Source: an uncultured Thermoplasmata archaeon
GTDB taxonomy: Archaea; Thermoplasmatota; Thermoplasmata; UBA10834
Direction of reading: 5' to 3'
Assembly: GCA_963748615.1 (NCBI GenBank)
Contig: CAVVJQ010000002.1
Location: forward strand, 323,240-387,239
DNA length: 64,000 nucleotides
The notes below the pieces were generated by a model. The model was not told the origin of the DNA. It searched no databases and saw only the letters and a list, made by a program, of their open reading frames with translations. Below, in pieces: positions 17,274 through 25,999 of this stretch (its first letter is position 1; each line of letters begins with the position of its first letter). The translations under genes were made by a program, and so were the position numbers.

Positions 17274-18905
17274 TCAGCCTTCTATCTCTGTTTTATCGAT
17301 CTCGCTGTCGACCGTCTCGTCCAGTTTCTCTTTCTCGGACTCAGGTTCCTCATCCTGCTCGTCATATACTGCAGGGGCATTGTCAGGCGTTTCGAACGCC
17401 CGTATCCTTAGAATGACGGCGAGAGCGAGTATTATTATCGTCAGGAATAGCGCGAGTATCATCATCGAATGTGCGAGATCGAAACCGAATATGAACCCAC
17501 CGAAGCTCTCACTCGCTGGTTCCATAAGGACCTGGTCGAGTTTTGTAGTCTCATTCTGAGTTAGTTTAATCGGTCCAAGTTCCTTCGACTTGTACCCTTC
17601 AAGAACGAATGTTATCGTGTAATTACCAGCATTCATTCCTGTGAATTCGAACTCTCCATAGATGTTAGTCACGGTCTCACGCTGCACTATAAGACTGGTG
17701 ATCGTGATCTTGATGCCAGATATCGGCTGGCTGGTCTCACTGGAAATCACCTTCCCGGACAACGATCCTGGCAATCCTTGGAGGGCGATATTGAGCAGTT
17801 TCTCTCCTCCTCTCGCTATTGTCACGGACGTCGTGTTCGTGTTATATCCTTCCCGTGATGCGACAACGGTGTATGTGCCCGCGGTCAAGTTCAATATCTC
17901 GTACTCACCATCGATCGACGAGTTCGTCATGAACGAGGTGCCCACAATCGTAATCAGTACTCCTGGAATTAGAAAAGTGCCGGCTTTCACGACTCCATAA
18001 AGCCGTGTCGGCTTCTCCGTCAGCTGAAAGTCGATACCGGTCGTGTGTACACCGCTCTCAACCACTATATCTGAAGTCGTGACCGAAGCGAACCCCTCCA
18101 ACGAGGCGTTCAGCGAGTACGACCCCGCATCGAGGTTCGGTATCATGTAGGTCCCATCTGCATTTGTCGTCGCCGTGACAGTCACCGTTCCAACAATCAC
18201 CGAGACGGTCGCGCCAGCGAGAGGTTCAGAGTTCTCCGAATCACGGACAGTCCCGGATATCGAACCGGTCAGCGAAGTCAAAACGAAATCTGATTGCGTC
18301 ACACCCCCAGTGCTGAGGGATACGTCGTTCGTCTTGTTCACATATCCATGGGCGCTTGCAGTCAATGCGTAAGGAAACGTATTGCCGGGCACGCCATCCA
18401 GTCTATAGTGGCCAAGACTGTCAGTTACGTTCGAATATCCCAGGGAAGAGATCGAGACCATCGCGCCAGCAATCGGTCCCATGGAATAGCTGACCATGCC
18501 AAGTATGCTTCCGCCGTATATCGTCAGTGTTATCGAAGACGCGTTCCCAGGTGTGGCGACGATCTCCGAGACCCCCGATGGGGTGTATCCGATCTTCTGG
18601 GCGGAAACGTTGTAGAGCGTGCCAATCGTATCTGCCATCAATCCCGTGAACGCCGTCATGCCGCTGATATTCGTCTGGTTGCTGAGGGTTGTGCCAACCA
18701 GCTGCACGAGCACTCCTTCAATTGTTCTTCCCACGTCGTCAGTGACGGTTACGATGATTGTGGCGTTGTATTCAATCGCCTGAATAGTGGCACGATCGGA
18801 ATCTGCTGTCTGAAATTGGAGCATGCTCCCGGCTGGAAGCATCGAGAGTACGAGGACCGCAACGAGCAGGACCCTGGCAGACGGAGACAATGATTGAGGC
18901 GTCAT
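17274..18905 (-). CDS. Secreted, C-terminally anchored surface protein with repeated CarboxypepD_reg-like Ig domains and an acidic tail
   Basis: The signal peptide starts at the ATG at 18905 (MTPQSLSPSARVLLVAVLVLSML). There are at least 5 repeats of the pattern G.V.D..G.P..GA.V...GT...T..DG.Y.I..L..G.Y. A C-terminal TM (MMILALFLTIIILALAVIL) is followed by a Glu/Asp-rich tail. Confidence 0.75.
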   Translation of the reverse strand: MTPQSLSPSARVLLVAVLVLSMLPAGSMLQFQTADSDRATIQAIEYNATIIVTVTDDVGRTIEGVLVQLVGTTLSNQTNISGMTAFTGLMADTIGTLYNVSAQKIGYTPSGVSEIVATPGNASSITLTIYGGSILGMVSYSMGPIAGAMVSISSLGYSNVTDSLGHYRLDGVPGNTFPYALTASAHGYVNKTNDVSLSTGGVTQSDFVLTSLTGSISGTVRDSENSEPLAGATVSVIVGTVTVTATTNADGTYMIPNLDAGSYSLNASLEGFASVTTSDIVVESGVHTTGIDFQLTEKPTRLYGVVKAGTFLIPGVLITIVGTSFMTNSSIDGEYEILNLTAGTYTVVASREGYNTNTTSVTIARGGEKLLNIALQGLPGSLSGKVISSETSQPISGIKITITSLIVQRETVTNIYGEFEFTGMNAGNYTITFVLEGYKSKELGPIKLTQNETTKLDQVLMEPASESFGGFIFGFDLAHSMMILALFLTIIILALAVILRIRAFETPDNAPAVYDEQDEEPESEKEKLDETVDSEIDKTEIEG

Positions 18906-18996
18906 GAAGGTGTTCCAGTGGTCATCAATCACGTAGTTGCGATAAATACGTTTGCCGAATCGGCTCATACATGATTCGTACACCCCTCTGAAAACG

Positions 18997-19004
18997 TATT
19001 AATA
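18997..19004. promoter_or_regulatory. Palindromic TATA-like box TATTAATA shared by divergent genes
   Basis: The only AT-rich box in the 143-nt divergent spacer. It lies 45 nt from the Lhr ATG (19049) and 92 nt from the surface-protein ATG (18905). Confidence 0.35.
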
Positions 19005-19048
19005 TGGACACCTGATAACGAAGTAGAATCGACGGTCAGGATGACATC

Positions 19049-20047
19049 ATGAGAACAGGAACGAGTAGTGCGAGCACAACTAGGGTCCTCTCTCTCATGC
19101 ACCCGGTCATCGCGGAATGGTTCAAGTCCAGATTCACGGAAGTGACCGAAGCTCAGGCCATGGCGGTTCCGCTCATCCATTCAATGGAAGGCGTCCTGGT
19201 TTCCTCCCCCACAGGCTCGGGGAAGACCCTGACCGCCTTCATGGCGATCCTGAACGAACTGACCCTGATGGCTGAGAAGGAGGAACTGGAGGACCGGGTC
19301 TACGCCGTCTATGTCTCACCATTGAAAGCCCTCGCCAACGATATTAACGCAAATCTGATCCGCCCGCTGGATGAGATATCCGAGCTGTTCCGGAGCAAGG
19401 GTCGTCCGGTCCCACGGATCAGGGTGGGCGTGAGGACAGGAGACACTCTTCCCAACGAGAGGCAGAAACAGCTCCGATTGCCTCCGCATATATTCATCAC
19501 GACTCCCGAATCGTTGTCCTTGGTGCTGTCCACACCAGTGTTTCGCAAGAAGTTCGAGCAAGTGAGCTATGTGATCGTGGACGAAGTCCATGAGATATGT
19601 GATTCAAAGCGTGGCGTCGCCCTCTCGCTGGCCTTGGAGCGACTCAGAAGCATCTGCCCCAAAGATTTCGTGAGGATCGGGCTATCCGCGACGGTGGCAC
19701 CCATTCAGGAGGTCGCGGATTTCCTGGCAGGTGTCGAAGGCGGGAAACCTCGAGCGATCAAGATCATCGAGGTGTACCGTCAACGGTCCTTGGACCTGCA
19801 GGTCCTGTGTCCTGCCAGTGATATGACTGCCCTTTCATTCGAGGTGGTCAACTCCAAGATGTACGACGTCCTCAAGGATATGATCGACTCTCACAGGACC
19901 ACTCTGGTCTTCACCAACACTCGCAGTGGCACGGAGAGTGTGGTATACAAGTTGAAGGAACGAGGCCTCGAGAACTGTCGGTGCACACCATGGAAGCCTG
20001 AGCAGGGAGACCAGGCTCGAGGTCGAGGAGCGTCTGAGGAAGGGTGA
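19049..20047 (+). CDS. lhr: Lhr-type DEAD/DEAH helicase, fragment 1 of 3 (frameshifted at about 19976)
   Basis: Motif I SSPTGSGKT, motif II VDEVHE, motif III GLSATV. After ...KERGLEN the ORF leaves the conserved frame. The expected VGAHHGSLSRETRLEVEERLRKGELKAVVSS is encoded in the +1 frame from 19977. Confidence 0.85.
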   Translation: MRTGTSSASTTRVLSLMHPVIAEWFKSRFTEVTEAQAMAVPLIHSMEGVLVSSPTGSGKTLTAFMAILNELTLMAEKEELEDRVYAVYVSPLKALANDINANLIRPLDEISELFRSKGRPVPRIRVGVRTGDTLPNERQKQLRLPPHIFITTPESLSLVLSTPVFRKKFEQVSYVIVDEVHEICDSKRGVALSLALERLRSICPKDFVRIGLSATVAPIQEVADFLAGVEGGKPRAIKIIEVYRQRSLDLQVLCPASDMTALSFEVVNSKMYDVLKDMIDSHRTTLVFTNTRSGTESVVYKLKERGLENCRCTPWKPEQGDQARGRGASEEG

Positions 20048-20057
20048 ACTCAAGGCG

Positions 20058-22577
20058 GTGGTTTCCTCTACATCACTCGAGCTCGGAATCGATATCGGAT
20101 CCGTCGATCTGGTTGTCCAGATAGGTTCTCCGAAATCCGTGGCGAAGGGCCTACAGAGGGTCGGCAGGGCCGGGCATCAGTATGGTGGCACTTCCAAAGG
20201 GCGTATGCTCGTCTTCGACAACGACGATCTGGTGGAATGTGCGGTCCTCTCGAGAGCGGCTCATAAGAAGATGATCGACAGGGTCTCGATACCAGTGAAC
20301 TCCCTCGACGTCCTCGCGCAAATGATAGTCGGGCTGTCGCTTGATAGACCGTGGACCGTTGACGAGGCATTCTCACTGGTCACGGGATCCTACTGCTACA
20401 GGACCCTCTCGATCGACCAGATGCGCAGCGTGATCAATTATCTCGCCGGCAAGGACGATTTCGAAGGAGTCTATTCCAAGATATGGTATGATGTCAGTAC
20501 CGACACGTTCGGCAAGAAGCGCGGTTCCAGGATGATTTTCTACCTGAACCAGGGCACCATACCCGAGGAAGCGGATTACAAGATATATTCTGAGCGCGGC
20601 GCCCCGATAGGTTCTCTGTCCGAGAAGTTCGTCGAACGCCTCTCGGTTGGGGACATATTCGTCCTCGGAGGGCGGAGTTACGAGTTCGTTCGGGCGAAAG
20701 GCACGAAAGCATTCGTCAAGAGCGCGAGCGGCAGGAAGCCCACGGTCCCATCATGGACTGGAGAGACGCTACCGAGAAGCTTCGACCTGTCCGTTCTCAT
20801 CGGCAAGTTCCGCGGCGAATTCGAGGAGAGGCTCGGCAGAGACTCGGACGATATGACATCTAAGTGGATCATGGACGAATTCATGGTGGATGAGGGCTCC
20901 GCCACTACGATCATCAGCTATTTCCGAGAGCAGAAGATGGTCGCGAAGCTTCCGACCGATGAACGCCTCGTCATTGAAGGGTACATTGATCCCTCCGGGA
21001 ACAGGAATGCTATATTCCATTTCCCCTTCGGCCGCCGTGTGAACGACGCGCTCAGCCGGTCATACGCATGGGTGCTTTCCAAGAAGCTCGGGTGCAACGT
21101 GACCGTATCTGTGACCGATGATTGTTTCATGCTCACAGCGCCCAGGGATTTCAAGTTGGATGGCATAGAACGGCTGCTGAGTTCGCGTGACATAGAGAGC
21201 ATCCTGAGAGAGGCGGTCAAGGACTCCGAGCTGTTCCATCACAGGTTCAGGCATACGGCGACCAGGAGCTTCATGGTTCTGCGCAATTACAAGGGCCGGC
21301 AAATGCCTGTGGCGAGGCAACAGCTGCGCTCTCAGCGATTGTTGGACGCATTGCACGAGCTATCAGACTTCCCCGTCATGTCCGAGACATATTCTGAGAT
21401 TCTCACCGAGGTGATGGACCTCGAGCACGCACGAGAAGTACTGTCGACGATCGAGGGCGGTACTCGTTCGGTCGAGTACATCCAATTCTCTGGGGTACCG
21501 TCCCCCTTGGCGCACAACGTGATACTGATCGGTGTGTCCGATATTGTCCTGATGGAGGATCGGAGCATGCTCCTGAGAGACCTTCACAGGAAGGTCCTGG
21601 CCAGGGTGCTTGGCGACGACGCCCTATCCGAATACACCTTCGACGCGGAGACCGTGGCGGAATACTTCGACGCCAAGTCCCCCTGTATCCGGACCAAGCG
21701 CGATATCCTGGATGCGTTGCGACTCGTAGGCCCCATGAATCTCTTCAAGGAGAAGGGCGAGAACATATACACACGCTCAACAGGGAACTACGACGACCTC
21801 CACACATGGGCTACAGAACTTCTACGAGAAGGAAAGGTCCGTTCCGTATGGATCGGAGAGGATGTCTATGTCCATTCGGATGATTGGTCACTCTATTCGA
21901 GCCTACATCATCGTCCACACAAACCTTCTGCTGTCGAGGAAGCGTTGATGGATGAGATGTTGGGTGAACCTCTCGATATCTCGATACTCTGTGAGCGTCT
22001 CGATCTTGACAAGGATGAAGCCAAGGATATCGTCAAGCGGCTGGAGATCGCCAACATGGTGCACAGGAGCGGCATCCGTGGGGGGCGTTTCCAATACTCG
22101 TCGTCCACCAGCGCTCCGGTCGAAATCGATGATTGCGCCCGAGAGGCGGTGATGAGGCACCTCGCATACCATGCCCCTCTGTCCATCGAGGATATAGCTT
22201 ATGAGGTCGGCACGAGCGAGGAGGCGACCGACAAAGCCCTGAGGTCGCTCCTTGCGAAGGAGCTGGTTGTGTCCGGCAGGTTCGTCATAGGCGAGCAACA
22301 GCAGTTCATGCTCGCCAGGGATTATCTCGCGTTGCTCTCCAAGGAACTGTCCGGTGTTCGACCGGGAGACAGTCCGCTCCTACGTCGAATCCAAGCTACT
22401 CGGCGACGTCCACTCCGCACGCGAATTCTTCGAGCGGTTCGGCGACGTCGGCATGCCATACGACATTGCCGTGAGGGTCCGAGGATTCTCCATAGAGGAA
22501 TTCGGAGGAATGAGGGACCGCGGGGAAGTGGTGCTCGGCAGGTTTGTCCGGGGGAGATTGAGGTATGTCCTGGCTGA
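20058..22577 (+). CDS. lhr: Lhr-type helicase, fragment 2 of 3 (RecA2 end, winged helix and DEAD_assoc-like domains)
   Basis: It begins mid-domain (SSTSLELGIDIGSVDLV; motif VI QRVGRAGH), and its frame is open from 19956. The last ~75 codons (after about 22354) are Arg-rich, non-protein-like read-through that overlaps fragment 3. Confidence 0.85.
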   Translation: MVSSTSLELGIDIGSVDLVVQIGSPKSVAKGLQRVGRAGHQYGGTSKGRMLVFDNDDLVECAVLSRAAHKKMIDRVSIPVNSLDVLAQMIVGLSLDRPWTVDEAFSLVTGSYCYRTLSIDQMRSVINYLAGKDDFEGVYSKIWYDVSTDTFGKKRGSRMIFYLNQGTIPEEADYKIYSERGAPIGSLSEKFVERLSVGDIFVLGGRSYEFVRAKGTKAFVKSASGRKPTVPSWTGETLPRSFDLSVLIGKFRGEFEERLGRDSDDMTSKWIMDEFMVDEGSATTIISYFREQKMVAKLPTDERLVIEGYIDPSGNRNAIFHFPFGRRVNDALSRSYAWVLSKKLGCNVTVSVTDDCFMLTAPRDFKLDGIERLLSSRDIESILREAVKDSELFHHRFRHTATRSFMVLRNYKGRQMPVARQQLRSQRLLDALHELSDFPVMSETYSEILTEVMDLEHAREVLSTIEGGTRSVEYIQFSGVPSPLAHNVILIGVSDIVLMEDRSMLLRDLHRKVLARVLGDDALSEYTFDAETVAEYFDAKSPCIRTKRDILDALRLVGPMNLFKEKGENIYTRSTGNYDDLHTWATELLREGKVRSVWIGEDVYVHSDDWSLYSSLHHRPHKPSAVEEALMDEMLGEPLDISILCERLDLDKDEAKDIVKRLEIANMVHRSGIRGGRFQYSSSTSAPVEIDDCAREAVMRHLAYHAPLSIEDIAYEVGTSEEATDKALRSLLAKELVVSGRFVIGEQQQFMLARDYLALLSKELSGVRPGDSPLLRRIQATRRRPLRTRILRAVRRRRHAIRHCREGPRILHRGIRRNEGPRGSGARQVCPGEIEVCPG

Positions 22578-24432
22578 GGAGGCACAGTACTATCTCGGGG
22601 TTTTTAGAAGGGGTCGTCTATCGAAGTATGAGAGCGCCATCCTGAAGGCAGCTGAACGGTTGGGACCCGGCACCTATCAGGAGATCGCCGAGGCGGCCAA
22701 CATACCTGGGGAGGTGATGCGGGAACACTTCGAATCCCTCGACCGAAAAGGGTACTTCTTCAGGGTGTTCGACGGATCGGATGTATGGACTTCGAGGAAT
22801 GTGTATGCCGTCTGCACGGTCGAGCCCGAGATCGAAGGCGCATTCGAACTCGTGCTTTCGAAGTACGTCCGTGGATATGGTCCCGTGACAGCTTTTCAGG
22901 CAGCGTCCCATCTCGACATCGAAGTCGATGCGGCCCGAGCCCTCCTGAGGAAGATCGGAGCGGAACCGATAACCGTCGGTCTAGAACAGACCGAGATGTT
23001 CGTGATGAAGGATGAGTTGTCGAACATCGGAAAGAGGAGAGGGGCCGACACACGGGTCCGCGTGCTATCACTATATGATCCATTTCTTGGAGACCGATGG
23101 GTCGAGGTCACATCGAAGTACGGTGAAGGTTGGATATTCCCCGTCATTCACAACGGCCAGATTGCAGGAATGATCGAGGAATGGTTGATGGCTGGGGCGA
23201 TCGACATACGTGAGATCCGCCTGGACGACCCGAGTCTGCTCGGACCTTTGCTGGACGAGCTGGACGGCGTGATGGAATTCTACAGATCGATCAACGTGGA
23301 CATCATCCGAGTAAAACGGGCCTTCGGATTGGATGTCGTGGAATTGGATCCTGAAGTGCTGAAGGAATTTCACGGTCATGGCTATAGGGCGTCGAACGGG
23401 ATGTTGGTCAAAGGCTCTCTTGTGACGGATTGTCACGAGAAGTCGGAGTTGTTGGACGTGGTATTCTCGTTGCAGCATTGGAGTGACCTGGATAGATTGG
23501 ACGACATGTCAGTCGCGCTAGCGAAGTACGGCGGTCTCAGAAGCAACTCAGAAGCGCTCACGCGCGTCGATAGGTTCGCACCCCTCGAGATACTTCTGAA
23601 AAATGGGCTGGTTGTCCGCGGTCACCTCGTTCCTGACAGAGTCGGATATTGTACCAAGGACGACGCATCGATCTATCGCGCGGCCAGGTCCCGCGAGCTG
23701 ACCCCTGAGGAGAAGCTGATCCTCAGGATCGTGAAGGACCAGCAGCCGATCCGTCGGGACAGGGCGCTCACAATATCGCCATTGGGTATTGAGGACACGA
23801 CAGAGGCACTCAAATCATTGTATTCCTCATCCATGCTTTACCTCGATACCACCCGAGGATACGTCGCGGCTCCAAAGACGCGACTCTCCCGAAGGTCTGC
23901 TTGGATAAGGATAATCCGGCGCATGTTCCTCAGCTATGGCATATGCTCGGCCGAGGCGCTCTCCATGATGATCGGCTCGGAGATCCCCATGCGAGAACTG
24001 AGGAGTATCCTGAGATTCCTCGAAGGGGAAGGCACTCTGGTGAAGGGCCATCTGGTCCGAGGCTCGACGACCATCTACTGGGCCACTGCGGGTGCACATG
24101 CTCTCCTGGGCGAGGCGGCCCCGAGTGTATCGGTCGTGGTAGCTCCAGAAGACAACATCGTCGGATATCTTCGCGCTGGCTTCAGAGACTCCCTGCCGGA
24201 GACCGGAAGACACGCAGTCTATTCGGGGTCCAAACTGATCGGCTCATTCATCGGGCGTATAGTACAGAACAAGCTCGTGGTGGAAGATCTCCAGAGCGAG
24301 GATGACTGCTCAGAGATCATGGCGTCTTTCGCGAAGAGGCTGGGTGTTGCCCTTTCAGATAGGGAGGAGAGCAGCTTGTCTGAATGGGAGATCATGGAAT
24401 TCTATAGGAAGAGCCACCCTGGGATGGGTTGA
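22354..24432 (+). CDS. lhr: Lhr C-terminal extension, fragment 3 of 3: duplicated winged-helix / AlkZ(YcaQ)-like modules
   Basis: The frame is open from 22291. Two similar halves are present; the first contains VRVLSLYDPFLGDRW...WIFPVIHNGQIAGMIEEW, resembling the YcaQ/AlkZ-type core found in long bacterial Lhr C-terminal domains. Confidence 0.65.
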   Translation: MFDRETVRSYVESKLLGDVHSAREFFERFGDVGMPYDIAVRVRGFSIEEFGGMRDRGEVVLGRFVRGRLRYVLAEEAQYYLGVFRRGRLSKYESAILKAAERLGPGTYQEIAEAANIPGEVMREHFESLDRKGYFFRVFDGSDVWTSRNVYAVCTVEPEIEGAFELVLSKYVRGYGPVTAFQAASHLDIEVDAARALLRKIGAEPITVGLEQTEMFVMKDELSNIGKRRGADTRVRVLSLYDPFLGDRWVEVTSKYGEGWIFPVIHNGQIAGMIEEWLMAGAIDIREIRLDDPSLLGPLLDELDGVMEFYRSINVDIIRVKRAFGLDVVELDPEVLKEFHGHGYRASNGMLVKGSLVTDCHEKSELLDVVFSLQHWSDLDRLDDMSVALAKYGGLRSNSEALTRVDRFAPLEILLKNGLVVRGHLVPDRVGYCTKDDASIYRAARSRELTPEEKLILRIVKDQQPIRRDRALTISPLGIEDTTEALKSLYSSSMLYLDTTRGYVAAPKTRLSRRSAWIRIIRRMFLSYGICSAEALSMMIGSEIPMRELRSILRFLEGEGTLVKGHLVRGSTTIYWATAGAHALLGEAAPSVSVVVAPEDNIVGYLRAGFRDSLPETGRHAVYSGSKLIGSFIGRIVQNKLVVEDLQSEDDCSEIMASFAKRLGVALSDREESSLSEWEIMEFYRKSHPGMG

Positions 24433-24445
24433 TTCCATCCCGCCA

Positions 24446-25327
24446 TCATCCCTGATCTTGTGCGCATCTTGAGAATTCGCAACCGCTGCTCTTCGCCAAG
24501 GTCCTCTCATTGAAGTAGAGGTACTCCTGCGCATAACCAGCGAATCCTCCCCATCTCTGGGTCGCGAACCCTCTGATCGCCTTGTACGATCCTTCGAGAT
24601 TGAACAATCGTGAGATTGCACGTTCTATCCAGATGTCGATTGGAAACGCATCCAGTCTTCCGAAACCGAACAGAGAAACGCAATCAGCGACCTTCTCCCC
24701 GACCCCTGGCAGGGCCATCAGCTCTCTCCGCAGGTCTTGGTACTCGAGCAGCTTCAAACGCCTGATCTCCGCTCGGTCGATACATCTGGAGATGGAGTGG
24801 AGATATTTCGCTCTGTATCCAAGCCCGCACTTCTGTAGTTCTCCCACACTGGCTTCTCTTAGATCGGAAGGTGATGGGAATGAGCGCACCCCATCCACGA
24901 TTTCGTGGCCGAACCGCATGGAGACCTCGTCAATCATCTTCGCGATCCTGGGGATGTTCGCATAGGTTGCCAACACATAGCTCGCCAGGCATTCCCATTC
25001 ATCCATTTTGACGATTCTTAGCCCCCTGAACCGTTCGAGTCCAGAGGATAATACTGGATCGTCGGAGAGCGTCGATTGGATCTCCGAGATGTCATCCGAC
25101 GCCCTCAGAAACTCGGAGATTCGGGCAGGCATCCTGGGTTCTCCAGGATGGGCACCGACGGACAATCGGCCGTTCTCCCACCCTAGAGTGACCAGATGTC
25201 TCCCGAGAGGGCCGATCCAATCGCCCCTGCCCGTTCTGGACCATCTGAACACCTGTCCACATCCAAGGGTCTGGTCCAGATCCAGAGGCTCGATTTCTAG
25301 CGAGAATTTCATGATCGTATCTTCCAA
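24446..25327 (-). CDS. ogg: 8-oxoguanine DNA glycosylase/AP lyase (Ogg1-type, HhH-GPD)
   Basis: OGG_N block LDLDQTLGCGQVFRW. HhH-GPD region LMALPGVGEKVADCVSLFGFGRLDAFPIDIW carries the catalytic Lys and Asp positions. Confidence 0.85.
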   Translation of the reverse strand: MEDTIMKFSLEIEPLDLDQTLGCGQVFRWSRTGRGDWIGPLGRHLVTLGWENGRLSVGAHPGEPRMPARISEFLRASDDISEIQSTLSDDPVLSSGLERFRGLRIVKMDEWECLASYVLATYANIPRIAKMIDEVSMRFGHEIVDGVRSFPSPSDLREASVGELQKCGLGYRAKYLHSISRCIDRAEIRRLKLLEYQDLRRELMALPGVGEKVADCVSLFGFGRLDAFPIDIWIERAISRLFNLEGSYKAIRGFATQRWGGFAGYAQEYLYFNERTLAKSSGCEFSRCAQDQG

Positions 25328-25334
25328 TCACCAA

Positions 25335-25838
25335 TCATCTCTTGTATCCGAACTTGCGGAGGAGCGTCTTCCTATCGTCCGCATCTTTCTCGGTCTCCAC
25401 ACCCTTTGGTCTTTCGCCGTCGATCACTCCGATGACCCCTCTTCCTCTCTCGTTCTCGACCACGACCACGTCCAAAGGGTTCGCGGTAGCGCAAAATATG
25501 GTGCATATCTCCTGCACATCACGAAGCCTGTTCATGATGTTGATCGGATACGAATCCCTCAATATGATGACGAAAGTGTGCCCCGCACCGATGCTCATCG
25601 CATTCTCGGATGCTGATTTCATCAGGTCTTCATCATTTCCGTCCACTCTCACCAGGCACGGACCCGAAGCCTCGCAGAACGCGACCCCGAACTTGGCCTG
25701 TGGGACCGTACTGACTATTGCCTCATAGATGTCCTCTACCGTCTTGATGAAATGACTCTGCCCTATCACGACGTTCGCATTGTCCGGGAGCACGACCTCG
25801 ATTGATTGCATCTTCATGACAGCAAACCCCTTTGGCAA
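25335..25838 (-). CDS. Adenosine-specific kinase-like protein (PAE2307/PF04008-type)
   Basis: Blocks IGQSHFIKTVEDIYEA, KFGVAFCEASGPCLVR, GAGHTFVI, ATANPLDVVV and GRGVIGVIDG match this small conserved archaeal family. Confidence 0.7.
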   Translation of the reverse strand: MPKGFAVMKMQSIEVVLPDNANVVIGQSHFIKTVEDIYEAIVSTVPQAKFGVAFCEASGPCLVRVDGNDEDLMKSASENAMSIGAGHTFVIILRDSYPINIMNRLRDVQEICTIFCATANPLDVVVVENERGRGVIGVIDGERPKGVETEKDADDRKTLLRKFGYKR

Positions 25839-25999
25839 GAAGGTCGATCGTCGGGAAAAATCTTTCTCCGCATGGCTGGCGCACGCACTGGGGTTCCGCA
25901 GCCCTCCTCACCAGTTATCATCAATCGGAATCAAAATGGTTAACTATTTATCCAGGCATACCGTAGACTTGTAAACCATGTCTAAGGAGGCACTGCGAG

